A DNA stretch of 64,000 nt from Comamonadaceae bacterium (GTDB taxonomy: Bacteria > Pseudomonadota > Gammaproteobacteria > Burkholderiales > Burkholderiaceae_C): positions 2,466 to 66,465 of the forward strand of contig BJGT01000005.1 of assembly GCA_014190675.1 (NCBI GenBank), read 5' to 3'. The position numbers and the translations under genes were made by a program. The notes beneath the pieces were generated by a model. The model had not been told where the DNA came from, did no database searches, and saw only the letters and a program-made list of their open reading frames with translations. Below are positions 9,614 to 18,354 of this stretch, in pieces. Numbering within the stretch: the stretch's first letter is position 1; the number at the start of each line of letters is the position of its first letter.

Positions 9614-11152
9614 ATGCCAACCACCAGCCCCCTGGATGCGCTGCAAGCGCGCGTTGCCGCCGTGAACGACGTGCTGAACGCGATCTCGGTCCTGACCTGG
9701 GATTCGCGCACCATGATGCCAGCCGGTGGCGCACAAACGCGCGGGCTACAAATCTCGACATTGACCGGCCTGGCGCTGGAGCTGTTGCTCAGCCCACAGA
9801 CCGAGGCTGCCTTGGCGGCTGCCGAGCGGGCGGTGCAAGACCTGGCGCCAGGTGCGCTTGAACGCACCATGGTGGCTCAGGTGCAGCAGGCGGTGGCGCA
9901 CCACCGCAGGATTCCGGCCAGCCTGACCCAGGAGCGGGCCGCACTGCGCACGGTGGCACAAGCAGCCTGGATCGAGGCGCGTGCACGCAGCGACTTCACC
10001 CTGTTTGCCCCGCATCTTGAAAAAACAGTGGCGCTGGCCCGCCGCTATGCCGATTGCGTCGGGTGGCGTGAACACCCCTACGACGCCATGGTGGCCTTGT
10101 ACGAACCAGGCGAAACCGCCTCAAGCCTGAAACAGCTGTTTGCCACCCTGCGACAGGGTCTGGTGCCGCTGTTGGCAGTTGTCCAAGCGCAGCCGCTACG
10201 TCGGCGCGACTTTCTGTTCCGCGATTTCCCCGAGTCCGAGCAACGCAGCTTCGGCCTGGCACTGGCCGAGAAGCTGGGGTTTGACCTGCAACGCGGCCGC
10301 CTGGACACGACCGTGCATCCCTTTGAGGTGTCCTTCACCCGCGAGGATGTGCGCATCACGACCCGCTACCGGCGTGACTACCTGCCGGCCTCGATGTTTG
10401 GGACTGCCCACGAAACCGGGCACGCCCTGTACGAGCAGGGGGTCGATCCGGCCTACACCCGCACCATCTTTGCCACCGACCTGATCGGCCTGTATGCGGT
10501 CGGCGGCACCAGCTTTGGCGCCCACGAGTCGCAGTCCCGCCTGTGGGAGAACCATGTGGTGCGCAACCGGGACTTCTGGCGCCTGCATTTCGCCGAGTTG
10601 CAAAGCAACTTTCCCGAGCAACTTGCTGACGTGACACCCGACGAGTTTTACGCCGCTGTGACCCATGCCGAGCCTGGCTTTATTCGGGTGGAGGCTGATG
10701 AGCTGAGCTACGACCTGCATGTCATGCTGCGTGTCGAGATCGAATGCGCCCTGATGGATGGCTCACTGGCGGTGGCTGACCTTCCCGGGGCCTGGAACGC
10801 TGCGGTCCAGCGGGACCTGGGGCTGACCGTGCCGAATGATGCCCAGGGCGTGTTGCAAGACGTGCACTGGTCCACCGGCTACATCGGCTCCTTTCCGTCC
10901 TACACCATAGGCAACGTGATGGCGGCCCAGCTGATGGCCGCCTTGCAGCAGCAGGACGCGACGCTTGGCCCTGCCCTTCGTTCCGGCCACTATGCGCCGC
11001 TGAAAGCGGCTTTAGGTCAGGCCATCTGGCAGCACGGCCGCCGTTTCGGGCGCGAGGAACTGCTGGTGCGCAGCACTGGGCGAGGCTTGGACCCGGCGCC
11101 CTATCTGGCCTATCTGCAGACCAAGTACAGCCCCGGCACCGCCCATCAATAG
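9614..11152 (+). CDS. M32 family metallocarboxypeptidase (Taq-type carboxypeptidase)
   Basis: All M32 signature blocks are present: HPFEVSF, DVRITTRY, HETGHALYEQG (HExxH), HESQSRLWEN, IRVEADELSYDLH. Start placed at ATG 9614 (MPTTSPLDALQ). Confidence 0.9.
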   Translation: MPTTSPLDALQARVAAVNDVLNAISVLTWDSRTMMPAGGAQTRGLQISTLTGLALELLLSPQTEAALAAAERAVQDLAPGALERTMVAQVQQAVAHHRRIPASLTQERAALRTVAQAAWIEARARSDFTLFAPHLEKTVALARRYADCVGWREHPYDAMVALYEPGETASSLKQLFATLRQGLVPLLAVVQAQPLRRRDFLFRDFPESEQRSFGLALAEKLGFDLQRGRLDTTVHPFEVSFTREDVRITTRYRRDYLPASMFGTAHETGHALYEQGVDPAYTRTIFATDLIGLYAVGGTSFGAHESQSRLWENHVVRNRDFWRLHFAELQSNFPEQLADVTPDEFYAAVTHAEPGFIRVEADELSYDLHVMLRVEIECALMDGSLAVADLPGAWNAAVQRDLGLTVPNDAQGVLQDVHWSTGYIGSFPSYTIGNVMAAQLMAALQQQDATLGPALRSGHYAPLKAALGQAIWQHGRRFGREELLVRSTGRGLDPAPYLAYLQTKYSPGTAHQ

Positions 11153-13998
11153 CCGCCGCGCTCTGCCGCCGCCCCACCCGCACTCACCGCCACCGCGCAG
11201 TACTTGAACTCGGGGATCTTGCCCACCGGATCGAGCGCGGCATTGGTCATCAGGTTGGCGGCCGCCTCATAGTAAGCAAACGGAATGAAGATGGCGCCAC
11301 GCGGTGTGCCGTCGTCGCGACGCAGATGAATAGCCACTTGGCCACGGCGCGAGCGCACGGTGATCACATCGCCGGCTTGCAGGCCCAGCTGCTGCAGGTC
11401 GTCGCCACACATGGACGCAGTGGCCATCGGCTCGATCGCATCCAGCACCGCGGCGCGGCGCGTCATGCTGCCCGTATGCCAGTGCTCCAGCTGCCGCCCG
11501 GTGATCAGCACCAAGGGATAGTCGGCATCGGGCCGCTCATTGGCCGGGATGATGTCGGCCGGCACCAGCTGCACCCGGCCGTCTGCAGTGGGGAAGCTGT
11601 CGATGAACACTGTGGGCGCGCCCGAGTCATCTGCCGACAGGCAGGGGTAGGTCACGCTCGACTCGCGTTGCAGCCGCTCCCAGCTGATGCCCGAGATGGC
11701 GGCATGCATGGCTTGGCGCATCTCCTCGTACACGGCGGCAACACCGCTGTGAACGCCCGGGTAGTGCCAAGCCAGGCCCATGCGCCGGGCAATGTCTTGG
11801 ATGATCCAGAGGTCGGCCCGGGCCTGCCCCGGCGGGTCAATCGCCTGCTGGCCCAGCTGCACCATGCGGTCGGTGTTGCTGACGGTGCCGGTTTTTTCGG
11901 GCCAGGCGGTGGCAGGCAGCACCACATCGGCCAGCCAGGCGGTCTCGGTCATGAAAATGTCCTGCACCACCAAGTGTTCCAAGCTGGCCAAGGCATGGCG
12001 GGCATGGTTCAGGTCGGGGTCGCTCATGGCCGGGTTTTCGCCCATGATGTACATGCCGCGCACCTTGTGCGGATCGCTGTCGGGCGCGAGCGCTTTGTGC
12101 ATGATTTCGACCACGGTGTAGCCGGGCTGATCGTCGAGCTTGGTGTCCCAGAATTTTTCAAACCAGCTGTGAGCGGCCGGGTTGGTGACGCGCTGGTAGT
12201 TGGGGAACATCATCGGGATCAGGCCGGCATCGCTGGCGCCCTGCACATTGTTCTGGCCACGCAGCGGGTGCAGGCCCGAGCCGGGCTTGCCAATCTGCCC
12301 GGTGACACTGACCAGCGCGATCAGGCAACGCGCGTTGTCAGTGCCGTGCACATGCTGGCTGATGCCCATGCCCCACAGCACCATGGCGCTCTTGGCCTTG
12401 GCAAAGGCCCGCGCCACCTCGCGCAGGGTCTGCGCCGGGATGCCGCAGATCGGCGCCATCGCCTCCGGGCTGTAGCCTTTCACGTTGTCGCGCAGCGCCT
12501 CAAAGTTGTTGGTACGTCGGGCAATAAAGTCTTGGTCGGCCAGGCCTTCGTCGATCACGGTGTGGATCAGGGCATTGAGCATGGCCACATCGGTGTCGGG
12601 CTTGAACTGCAGCGTGCGCCAGGCGTGTTTGCCGATGTCGGTCACGCGCGGGTCGGCCAGTACGATCTTGGCGCCGGCTTTGGCGGCGTTCTTCATCCAG
12701 GTGGCGGCCACCGGGTGGTTGGAGGTGGGGTTGGAGCCGATCAACAGGATCAGCTCCGAGTTCGCCACGTCGTTGACCTGGTTGCTGACCGCGCCCGAGC
12801 CCACACCCTCCAACAAGGCGGCCACGCTGGAGGCGTGGCACAGCCGGGTGCAATGGTCCACATTGTTGGAGCCAAAACCGGTGCGCACCAGCTTCTGGAA
12901 CAGGTAGGCTTCTTCGTTGCTGCCTTTGGCCGAGCCAAAGCCGGCCAGGGCCTTGGGGCCGTGATCGTCACGCAGCCCTTTAAGCCGGCCGGCCGCCAGC
13001 GCCAGCGCCTCGTCCCAGCTGGCTTCGCGGAACACGGCCGACCAGTCGGCACTGTCGCGGTTCAGCGCCTGCAAGGCGTCTGGGTCCTTGGCCACGCCGA
13101 CGCGCCGGATCAGCGGCACGGTCAGGCGTTGCGCGCTGTGGGCGTAGTCAAAGCCGAACCGGCCCTTGACGCACAGGCGGCTGTGGTTGGCCGGGCCGTC
13201 GCGGCCGTCCACACTGACAATTTTGTTGTCTTTCACGTTGTAGGTCAGCAAGCAGCCCACGCCGCAAAACGGGCAGACCGAGTCCACTTTTTTGTCCACC
13301 ACCTGCGAGCCCACCTGCGTTTTGGGCATCAGCGCCCCGGTGGGACAGGCCTGCACGCACTCGCCACAGGCCACACAGCTGCTGTCGCCCATGGGGTCAG
13401 CCAGGTCAAACACAATCGCGCTGTGGCTGCCGCGCAGGGCGTAGCCGATCACGTCGTTGACCTGCTCCTCGCGGCAGGCGCGTACGCAGCGCTTGCACTG
13501 GATGCAGGCGTCCAGGTTGACCGCCATGGCCGGGTGCGACAGGTCAGCCGCAGGCTGGTCGCGCCGCAGCGCCTTGAGCTCGGGCCGCACTTTCACATCG
13601 AGGCGAGCGGCCCAGTCGCTGAGTTCGCCATGCTGTTTAGATTCGTCCTGCTCATTCCATTTGTAGCCGGTGTCGGGCATGTCAGACAGCAGCATCTCAA
13701 GCACCATCTTCTGGCTCTTGAGAGCCCGCTCGCTGGTGGACTGCACCTCCATGCCCGCCGTGGCGTTGCGACAGCAGCTGGGCGCCAGGGTGCGTTCGCC
13801 CTTGACCTCGACCACACAGGCGCGGCAGTTGCCGTCGGCGCGCAGGCCGTCTTTGTAGCAAAGGTGCGGAATGTCGATGCCGTGCCTCTGCGCGGCTTTG
13901 AGGATGGTTTCGCCCTCATAGGCATGGACCGTCTGTTGGTTGAGCTTGAACGCCACGGTTTGCGGAGCCACTTCGGACAATCGGGTCGGTGCGTTCAT
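11146..13998 (-). CDS. NAD-dependent formate dehydrogenase alpha (molybdopterin/tungstopterin) subunit
   Basis: 950 aa. N-terminal 2Fe-2S and 4Fe-4S cysteine clusters (CRACVVEV, CIQCKRCVRAC, CVACGECVQACP) are followed by a molybdopterin oxidoreductase body and a C-terminal MopB barrel. No in-frame TGA, so it is not a selenoprotein. It abuts the beta-subunit stop (TGAATG). Confidence 0.9.
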   Translation of the reverse strand: MNAPTRLSEVAPQTVAFKLNQQTVHAYEGETILKAAQRHGIDIPHLCYKDGLRADGNCRACVVEVKGERTLAPSCCRNATAGMEVQSTSERALKSQKMVLEMLLSDMPDTGYKWNEQDESKQHGELSDWAARLDVKVRPELKALRRDQPAADLSHPAMAVNLDACIQCKRCVRACREEQVNDVIGYALRGSHSAIVFDLADPMGDSSCVACGECVQACPTGALMPKTQVGSQVVDKKVDSVCPFCGVGCLLTYNVKDNKIVSVDGRDGPANHSRLCVKGRFGFDYAHSAQRLTVPLIRRVGVAKDPDALQALNRDSADWSAVFREASWDEALALAAGRLKGLRDDHGPKALAGFGSAKGSNEEAYLFQKLVRTGFGSNNVDHCTRLCHASSVAALLEGVGSGAVSNQVNDVANSELILLIGSNPTSNHPVAATWMKNAAKAGAKIVLADPRVTDIGKHAWRTLQFKPDTDVAMLNALIHTVIDEGLADQDFIARRTNNFEALRDNVKGYSPEAMAPICGIPAQTLREVARAFAKAKSAMVLWGMGISQHVHGTDNARCLIALVSVTGQIGKPGSGLHPLRGQNNVQGASDAGLIPMMFPNYQRVTNPAAHSWFEKFWDTKLDDQPGYTVVEIMHKALAPDSDPHKVRGMYIMGENPAMSDPDLNHARHALASLEHLVVQDIFMTETAWLADVVLPATAWPEKTGTVSNTDRMVQLGQQAIDPPGQARADLWIIQDIARRMGLAWHYPGVHSGVAAVYEEMRQAMHAAISGISWERLQRESSVTYPCLSADDSGAPTVFIDSFPTADGRVQLVPADIIPANERPDADYPLVLITGRQLEHWHTGSMTRRAAVLDAIEPMATASMCGDDLQQLGLQAGDVITVRSRRGQVAIHLRRDDGTPRGAIFIPFAYYEAAANLMTNAALDPVGKIPEFKYCAVAVSAGGAAAERGGY

Positions 13999-15798
13999 TC
14001 AGGCCACCTCTTGGGCAAAATATTTTTGGATGCTGCGCACCGGGTTGGGCGCGGCTTGGCCCAGACCGCAGATGGAGGCATCGGTCATCACCACGTTGAG
14101 GTCTTCCAAGGTGCTGTTGTCCCACACCGGCGCCTGCATCAGCCGCACCGCCTTGGCGGTGCCGACCCGGCAGGGCGTGCACTGGCCGCAGCTCTCGTGC
14201 TCAAAGAACTTCATCATGTTGAGCGCGGCATCACGCGCCCGGTCGGCATGGCTGAGCACAATTACCGCCGCCGAGCCAATGAAGCAGCCATAGGGCTGCA
14301 GGGTGTCAAAGTCCAGCGGCAGCTGGTTCAGGCTGGCCGGCAGAATGCCGCCAGAGGCACCACCGGGCAGGTAGGCGTACAGGGTGTGGCCAGGCAGCAT
14401 ACCGCCGCAGTACTCGTCAATCAACTCCTGCACCGTGATGCCAGCCGGTGCCAGCTTGACACCCGGGTGCTGCACCCGCCCGCTGACACTGAAACTGCGA
14501 AGGCCCTTGCGGCCGTGGCGGCCAAAGCCGCTGAACCACGTGGGGCCTTTTTGCACGATGTCGCGCACCCAATACAGAGTCTCAAAATTGTGCTCCAGCG
14601 TTGGCCGGCCAAACAGCCCAACCTGCGCAATGTAGGGCGGGCGCATGCGCGGCTCGCCACGCTTGCCCTCGATGCTTTCGATCATGGCCGACTCTTCGCC
14701 GCAGATGTAGGCGCCCGCCCCCCGGCGCAGCTCGATCAGCGGCAGGGCGCAGGGCGGATCGGCGCGCAACAGCGCCAGCTCGGCCTCCAGAATGGCGCGG
14801 CAACCGTGGTATTCGTCACGCAAATAGATGTAGCAGGCCTCGATGCCCACCACCTTGGCCGCCACCAGCAGCCCCTCCAAAAATCGGTGCGGGTCGCGCT
14901 CCAGGTAGGTGCGGTCCTTGAAGGTGCCGGGCTCGCCCTCGTCGATGTTGACTGCCATCAGCTTCGGGCTTGGCTGATCGCGCACGATTCGCCATTTGCG
15001 ACCGGCCGGGAAACCAGCGCCGCCGAGGCCGCGCAGGCCGGAGTCTTCCATCGCCTTGAGCACCGCCTCGACAGGCTGCGTGCCTGTGGCTAGCGCTGCC
15101 GCCAGCCCGTAGCCGCCCTGGGCGCGATAGGTCTGGTAGCCGGTGTAGCCGGGCGCCACTTGCGTGGCCTGGGGCAGCGGCGAGACCGAGGCCTCCGCAT
15201 GCGCCGCTGCATCAAAAACAAAAGCGTCCGAGGCAAGCGGGTGGTGGGCTGCGGCCGATTTGACTACCAAAACCACTGCCTCCGGCGTGGCCTGCAACAC
15301 CGGGTTTTGGTGCACCACCGCCACCGGCGCCTGCTCGCATCGGCCCAGGCAGGGTGCGGCAATCACCCGCACCCCGGCACCCAATATCTCTGGCAGCCGA
15401 GCCATCAGTTCACGCGCACCGACCAGCTCGCAGCTCAGGCCATCGCACACGCGCACCGTCAGAGCGGGGACGGGCGTATCGTCGCGCAGCACCTCGAAGT
15501 GGTGGTAGAAGGTGGCTACCTCGTAGACCTCGGCCAGCGGCAGGTTCATCAGCTTGGCCAATGCCGTCAGGTGCCGCTCATGCAGGCCGCGGTACTGGTC
15601 GTTGAGCCGGTGCAGTTGCTCGATCAGCAGGTCTCGCCGGTAAGGCGCCGGGCCCATCAGTGCCCGCACCTCCAGCATCGCCGACTCATCGGCTTGGCGC
15701 CCCTTAAGCCGGCTTATTTTGCGGATGCGCTCGCGCATGTCGTCCAGTGTGGCGAGGGTCTGGGGCGGGCTGTCGGGTGTCAACACATCAGAAGTCAT
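13999..15798 (-). CDS. formate dehydrogenase beta subunit, fused NuoE-like/NuoF-like (NAD, FMN, Fe-S binding)
   Basis: A thioredoxin-like 2Fe-2S segment (VCDGLSCELVG...APCLGRCEQAP) is followed by a NuoF-type body (GLRGLGGAGFPAGRKW, ESCGQCTPCR). Start set at ATG comp(15796..15798) (MTSDVL). The track ORF extends 27 codons further. Confidence 0.85.
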   Translation of the reverse strand: MTSDVLTPDSPPQTLATLDDMRERIRKISRLKGRQADESAMLEVRALMGPAPYRRDLLIEQLHRLNDQYRGLHERHLTALAKLMNLPLAEVYEVATFYHHFEVLRDDTPVPALTVRVCDGLSCELVGARELMARLPEILGAGVRVIAAPCLGRCEQAPVAVVHQNPVLQATPEAVVLVVKSAAAHHPLASDAFVFDAAAHAEASVSPLPQATQVAPGYTGYQTYRAQGGYGLAAALATGTQPVEAVLKAMEDSGLRGLGGAGFPAGRKWRIVRDQPSPKLMAVNIDEGEPGTFKDRTYLERDPHRFLEGLLVAAKVVGIEACYIYLRDEYHGCRAILEAELALLRADPPCALPLIELRRGAGAYICGEESAMIESIEGKRGEPRMRPPYIAQVGLFGRPTLEHNFETLYWVRDIVQKGPTWFSGFGRHGRKGLRSFSVSGRVQHPGVKLAPAGITVQELIDEYCGGMLPGHTLYAYLPGGASGGILPASLNQLPLDFDTLQPYGCFIGSAAVIVLSHADRARDAALNMMKFFEHESCGQCTPCRVGTAKAVRLMQAPVWDNSTLEDLNVVMTDASICGLGQAAPNPVRSIQKYFAQEVA

Positions 15799-15944
15799 GG
15801 CATTTGATATCGCGGTTTTTTGCCCGGACAATTCAGGCTTTGAGCTGAAGTATCCAACCCGCAAGCCGCTGCGGTCCAATTGAATCGGCGCATCGCATCA
15901 TTCAAGGACTGAATGTGGCATGCGCACCAGCTCCTCAAGGCCGC

Positions 15945-15972
15945 CCAAAATAAGGTCGGCGATTTTGCCGAC
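15945..15972 (-). terminator. candidate intrinsic terminator (minus strand) upstream of the fdh operon
   Basis: Minus strand reads GTCGGC-AAAATC-GCCGAC followed by CTTATTTTGG: a 6-bp GC-rich stem, 6-nt loop and a U-tract. No obvious minus-strand gene ends immediately upstream of it. Confidence 0.3.
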
Positions 15973-16138
15973 GACTCAAGCATGGTGTGTCTTTATTTCA
16001 AACCGAGCTGGCGTTTAATGAACGCCTGAAGGCCTTTGCCAAGTTCCGCCGTGCCGTGCATGGACGGGGGCGGCCTGCAGCCTGTCCACCTGTCGGGACG
16101 GTGCAATCAGTCTGCAATCTCCCAAAACGGGAGGTCTC

Positions 16139-16468
16139 CTGGCGCGGGTACTTGCAAAGAGCACGCCGGTCAAATTTTGGAGTCAGCCGGAATGTGCCGA
16201 TTCGAAAGGAGGTTTGCAAAGCTGGTTCGACGAAGCGATCAAGGCAAGCTGGAAGACCCCGCAGAACATGAAAGAGCAATACAGCAGCGCAAGCATCTGC
16301 GGCAACAACCGGGTGGTGTTCAACATTGCCGGTCACAAGTACCGCCTGGTCGTGGAGATGCAATACCGAGCCGGGTTAGTTTGCGTGAAATTCGTTGGAA
16401 CCCATGCGCGGTATGACCAAATTAACGTGGAGACTGTCAATGAATATTTAGCCAATCCGAAACGATGA
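16139..16468 (+). CDS. higB: HigB-family type II toxin (mRNA interferase); start codon unresolved, possibly inactivated
   Basis: The track ORF (TTG 16214) encodes ...WKTPQNMKEQYSSASICGNNRVVFNIAGHKYRLVVEMQYRAGLVCVKFVGTHARYDQI, a HigB core. Own translation shows homology continuing upstream (ARVLAKSTPVKFWSQPECADSKGGLQSWF). There is no in-frame ATG/GTG/TTG between the stop at 16019 and 16214. Only CTG 16139 sits behind a GGGAGG box. Confidence 0.6.
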   Translation: MARVLAKSTPVKFWSQPECADSKGGLQSWFDEAIKASWKTPQNMKEQYSSASICGNNRVVFNIAGHKYRLVVEMQYRAGLVCVKFVGTHARYDQINVETVNEYLANPKR

Positions 16469-16793
16469 CGACTTGCGCGCTGCATTCAAGCGGCTCGAGC
16501 CGGTGTTTCAGGCGCAAGAGGGGACGCCAGAAGCGGACGAGATGGAAATTCTTGTAACGCTCATTGAGGCCTATGAATACAAGCATTTCCCGACAGGTCC
16601 TGCGGATCCGGTAGAGGCCATTAAATTCAGGATGGAGCAACAAGGGCTCACCCCAAAAGACCTAGAGCGCTACATCGGCTCAAGTGGCCGAGTTTCAGAA
16701 GTGCTGAACCGCAAGCGTCGGCTGAGTTCGCAAATGGTAAAGCGGCTGCACGATGGATTGCACATTCCATACGAAAGCCTCCTGGCAGCCTAA
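16440..16793 (+). pseudogene. higA: HigA-family antitoxin (HTH/Xre) with in-frame amber at codon 4
   Basis: ATG 16440 overlaps the higB 3' end and reads M-N-I-TAG(16449-16451)-PIRNDDDLRAAFKRLE..., in frame with the track ORF 16473..16793 (TTG start). The C-terminal HTH part is EAIKFRMEQQGLTPKDLERYIGSSGRVSEVLNRKRRLS. Confidence 0.7.
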
Positions 16794-16935
16794 CAAAAAG
16801 CAACCATCTCACGGGCGGAGACGGTATGCGGTATGTTTCTTAACTTAGGTGTTGAGGTAACGGTGCAGTAAGTCCTTTCATGTGCGCCCAGCTGTGAACC
16901 TCGACGCCGCTGTGGTTCATGCTGGCATCACCTCC

Positions 16936-17124
16936 TTACACCAACTGGGCTGGCAGTGCCGAAGCCCCGGCGTATTTGCTCCATTTGCTTAACCCTGCCA
17001 GATAGTCAGCGTTGAAAGTCTGGCTAGATTTGATTTCCACGGGCACCAAATGCTCACCGCGTTCAAGCAGAGCATCTACCTCATCACCAGCACTGTTTCG
17101 CCAGAAATAGAGCTTGGAGGTGGT
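16936..17124 (-). pseudogene. C-terminal remnant of a DUF4143 AAA-ATPase gene
   Basis: Own translation: TTSKLYFWRNSAGDEVDALLERGEHLVPVEIKSSQTFNADYLAGLSKWSKYAGASALPAQLV*. The YFWRxxxGxEVD...PVEIK block is the hallmark C-terminus of ~400-aa DUF4143 ATPases. The frame is closed by TGA directly upstream and no N-terminal part is present. Confidence 0.55.
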
Positions 17125-17257
17125 TCAAGGTACGGGCGGCAGCAAAGCTTTTCTAACCGGCAAGGCCATCCTCGATCTGCGCAGTGAAAAAACCAGGGGT
17201 AACACCGCATGACCCTACGACATGCCGCCTGCAACTGCGGGCAACGCCAACTTACGA

Positions 17258-18340
17258 TCAGTCGAAGACCACCAGATTACGGGCGATTCCGCCGCGCTGC
17301 AAGGCCGAAAAACCGTCGTTGATTTGCTCGAGCTTGAGCCGATTCGAGACCAGCTGGTCAAGCTTCATGCGTCCTTGCATGTGGAATTCCACCAGGCGGG
17401 GGATGTCGAGACGAAAATGGTTGGAACCCATCATCGTCCCCTGAATGCGGCGTTCACGCAGAAAGTCGAACCCGTGGAGTTCGATCTTGGTACCCAGGGG
17501 AATCATGCCCACAATGGTGGACAAGCCACGAGGGCGCAGCATGGCGAACGAGGCTTCGGTGGTGGGCTTGAGGCCGATGCACTCGAACGCATAGTGCACG
17601 CCGCCCTGGGTCATCTCAATGATTTTCGCGACCATGTCGGGATCTTTGGCATCCATGCCATCGGTGGCGCCAAAGGTCTTGGCCATTTGCAGCTTGTTAG
17701 CATCAATGTCAATGGCGATGATGCGGGCCGCGCCCGCCAAGTGCGCCGCGTGGATGGTCGAAAGACCCACACCCCCGCAGCCGAGCACGGCCACCGTGGT
17801 ACCGGGCTCCATGCGGGCGCTGTGTACCACCGAGCCGTAGCCGGTGAGCACGCCGCAGCCCAGCAGCGCCGCCAAATCGAGCGGCATGTCTTGGCGGATT
17901 TTGACAACCGCGTTTTCGTGAACCAGCATCTGCTCGGAAAAAGCCGATAGGTTCAAAAACTGGTTCAGGTGCTCACCCTTCCAGCGCAGGCGTTTGGCCT
18001 TGCCAGGTGGCATCTTGACAGCGGTATTGCTGCAAATGGTCTGGTAGCCAGTCACGCAGAACTCGCAGTGGCCGCAGAACACCGACAGACAGGTGACAAC
18101 ATGGTCACCTGGCTTGACGTGGGTGACGTCTTCACCCACCGCTTCCACCACCCCGGCAGCCTCATGGCCCAGCACTGCGGGCACAGGTGTGGGGTACTTG
18201 CCCTCGATAAAATGCAGATCGCTGTGACACAGGCCGCTGACGCGGGTTCGCACCAGCACTTCATTGCGCTTGGGCTTGTCGATCTCCACGCTCTCGATGG
18301 TCATCGGCTGACCTGGGCCATGAAAAACAGCGGCTTTCAA
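17258..18340 (-). CDS. zinc-dependent alcohol dehydrogenase family protein
   Basis: 360 aa with the catalytic zinc block GLCHSDLH...GHEAAG, structural zinc cysteines CGHCEFCVTG and Rossmann motif VLGCGGVG. AGGAG RBS. Confidence 0.9.
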   Translation of the reverse strand: MKAAVFHGPGQPMTIESVEIDKPKRNEVLVRTRVSGLCHSDLHFIEGKYPTPVPAVLGHEAAGVVEAVGEDVTHVKPGDHVVTCLSVFCGHCEFCVTGYQTICSNTAVKMPPGKAKRLRWKGEHLNQFLNLSAFSEQMLVHENAVVKIRQDMPLDLAALLGCGVLTGYGSVVHSARMEPGTTVAVLGCGGVGLSTIHAAHLAGAARIIAIDIDANKLQMAKTFGATDGMDAKDPDMVAKIIEMTQGGVHYAFECIGLKPTTEASFAMLRPRGLSTIVGMIPLGTKIELHGFDFLRERRIQGTMMGSNHFRLDIPRLVEFHMQGRMKLDQLVSNRLKLEQINDGFSALQRGGIARNLVVFD

Positions 18341-18354
18341 TTCAAGTTCTCCTG

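Noticed and set aside
11326-15093. 1255-aa ORF on the plus strand spanning the whole formate dehydrogenase region
   Set aside because: It is exactly antisense to two genes with unmistakable motif content. Its product is monotonous (Ala/Gly/His/Arg/Val/Gln-rich) with no recognisable motifs. Long stop-free antisense frames are expected in GC-rich DNA with GC-biased third positions.
15998-16363. 121-aa minus-strand ORF over the higB region
   Set aside because: It is antisense to the HigB-homologous frame and has no recognisable features.
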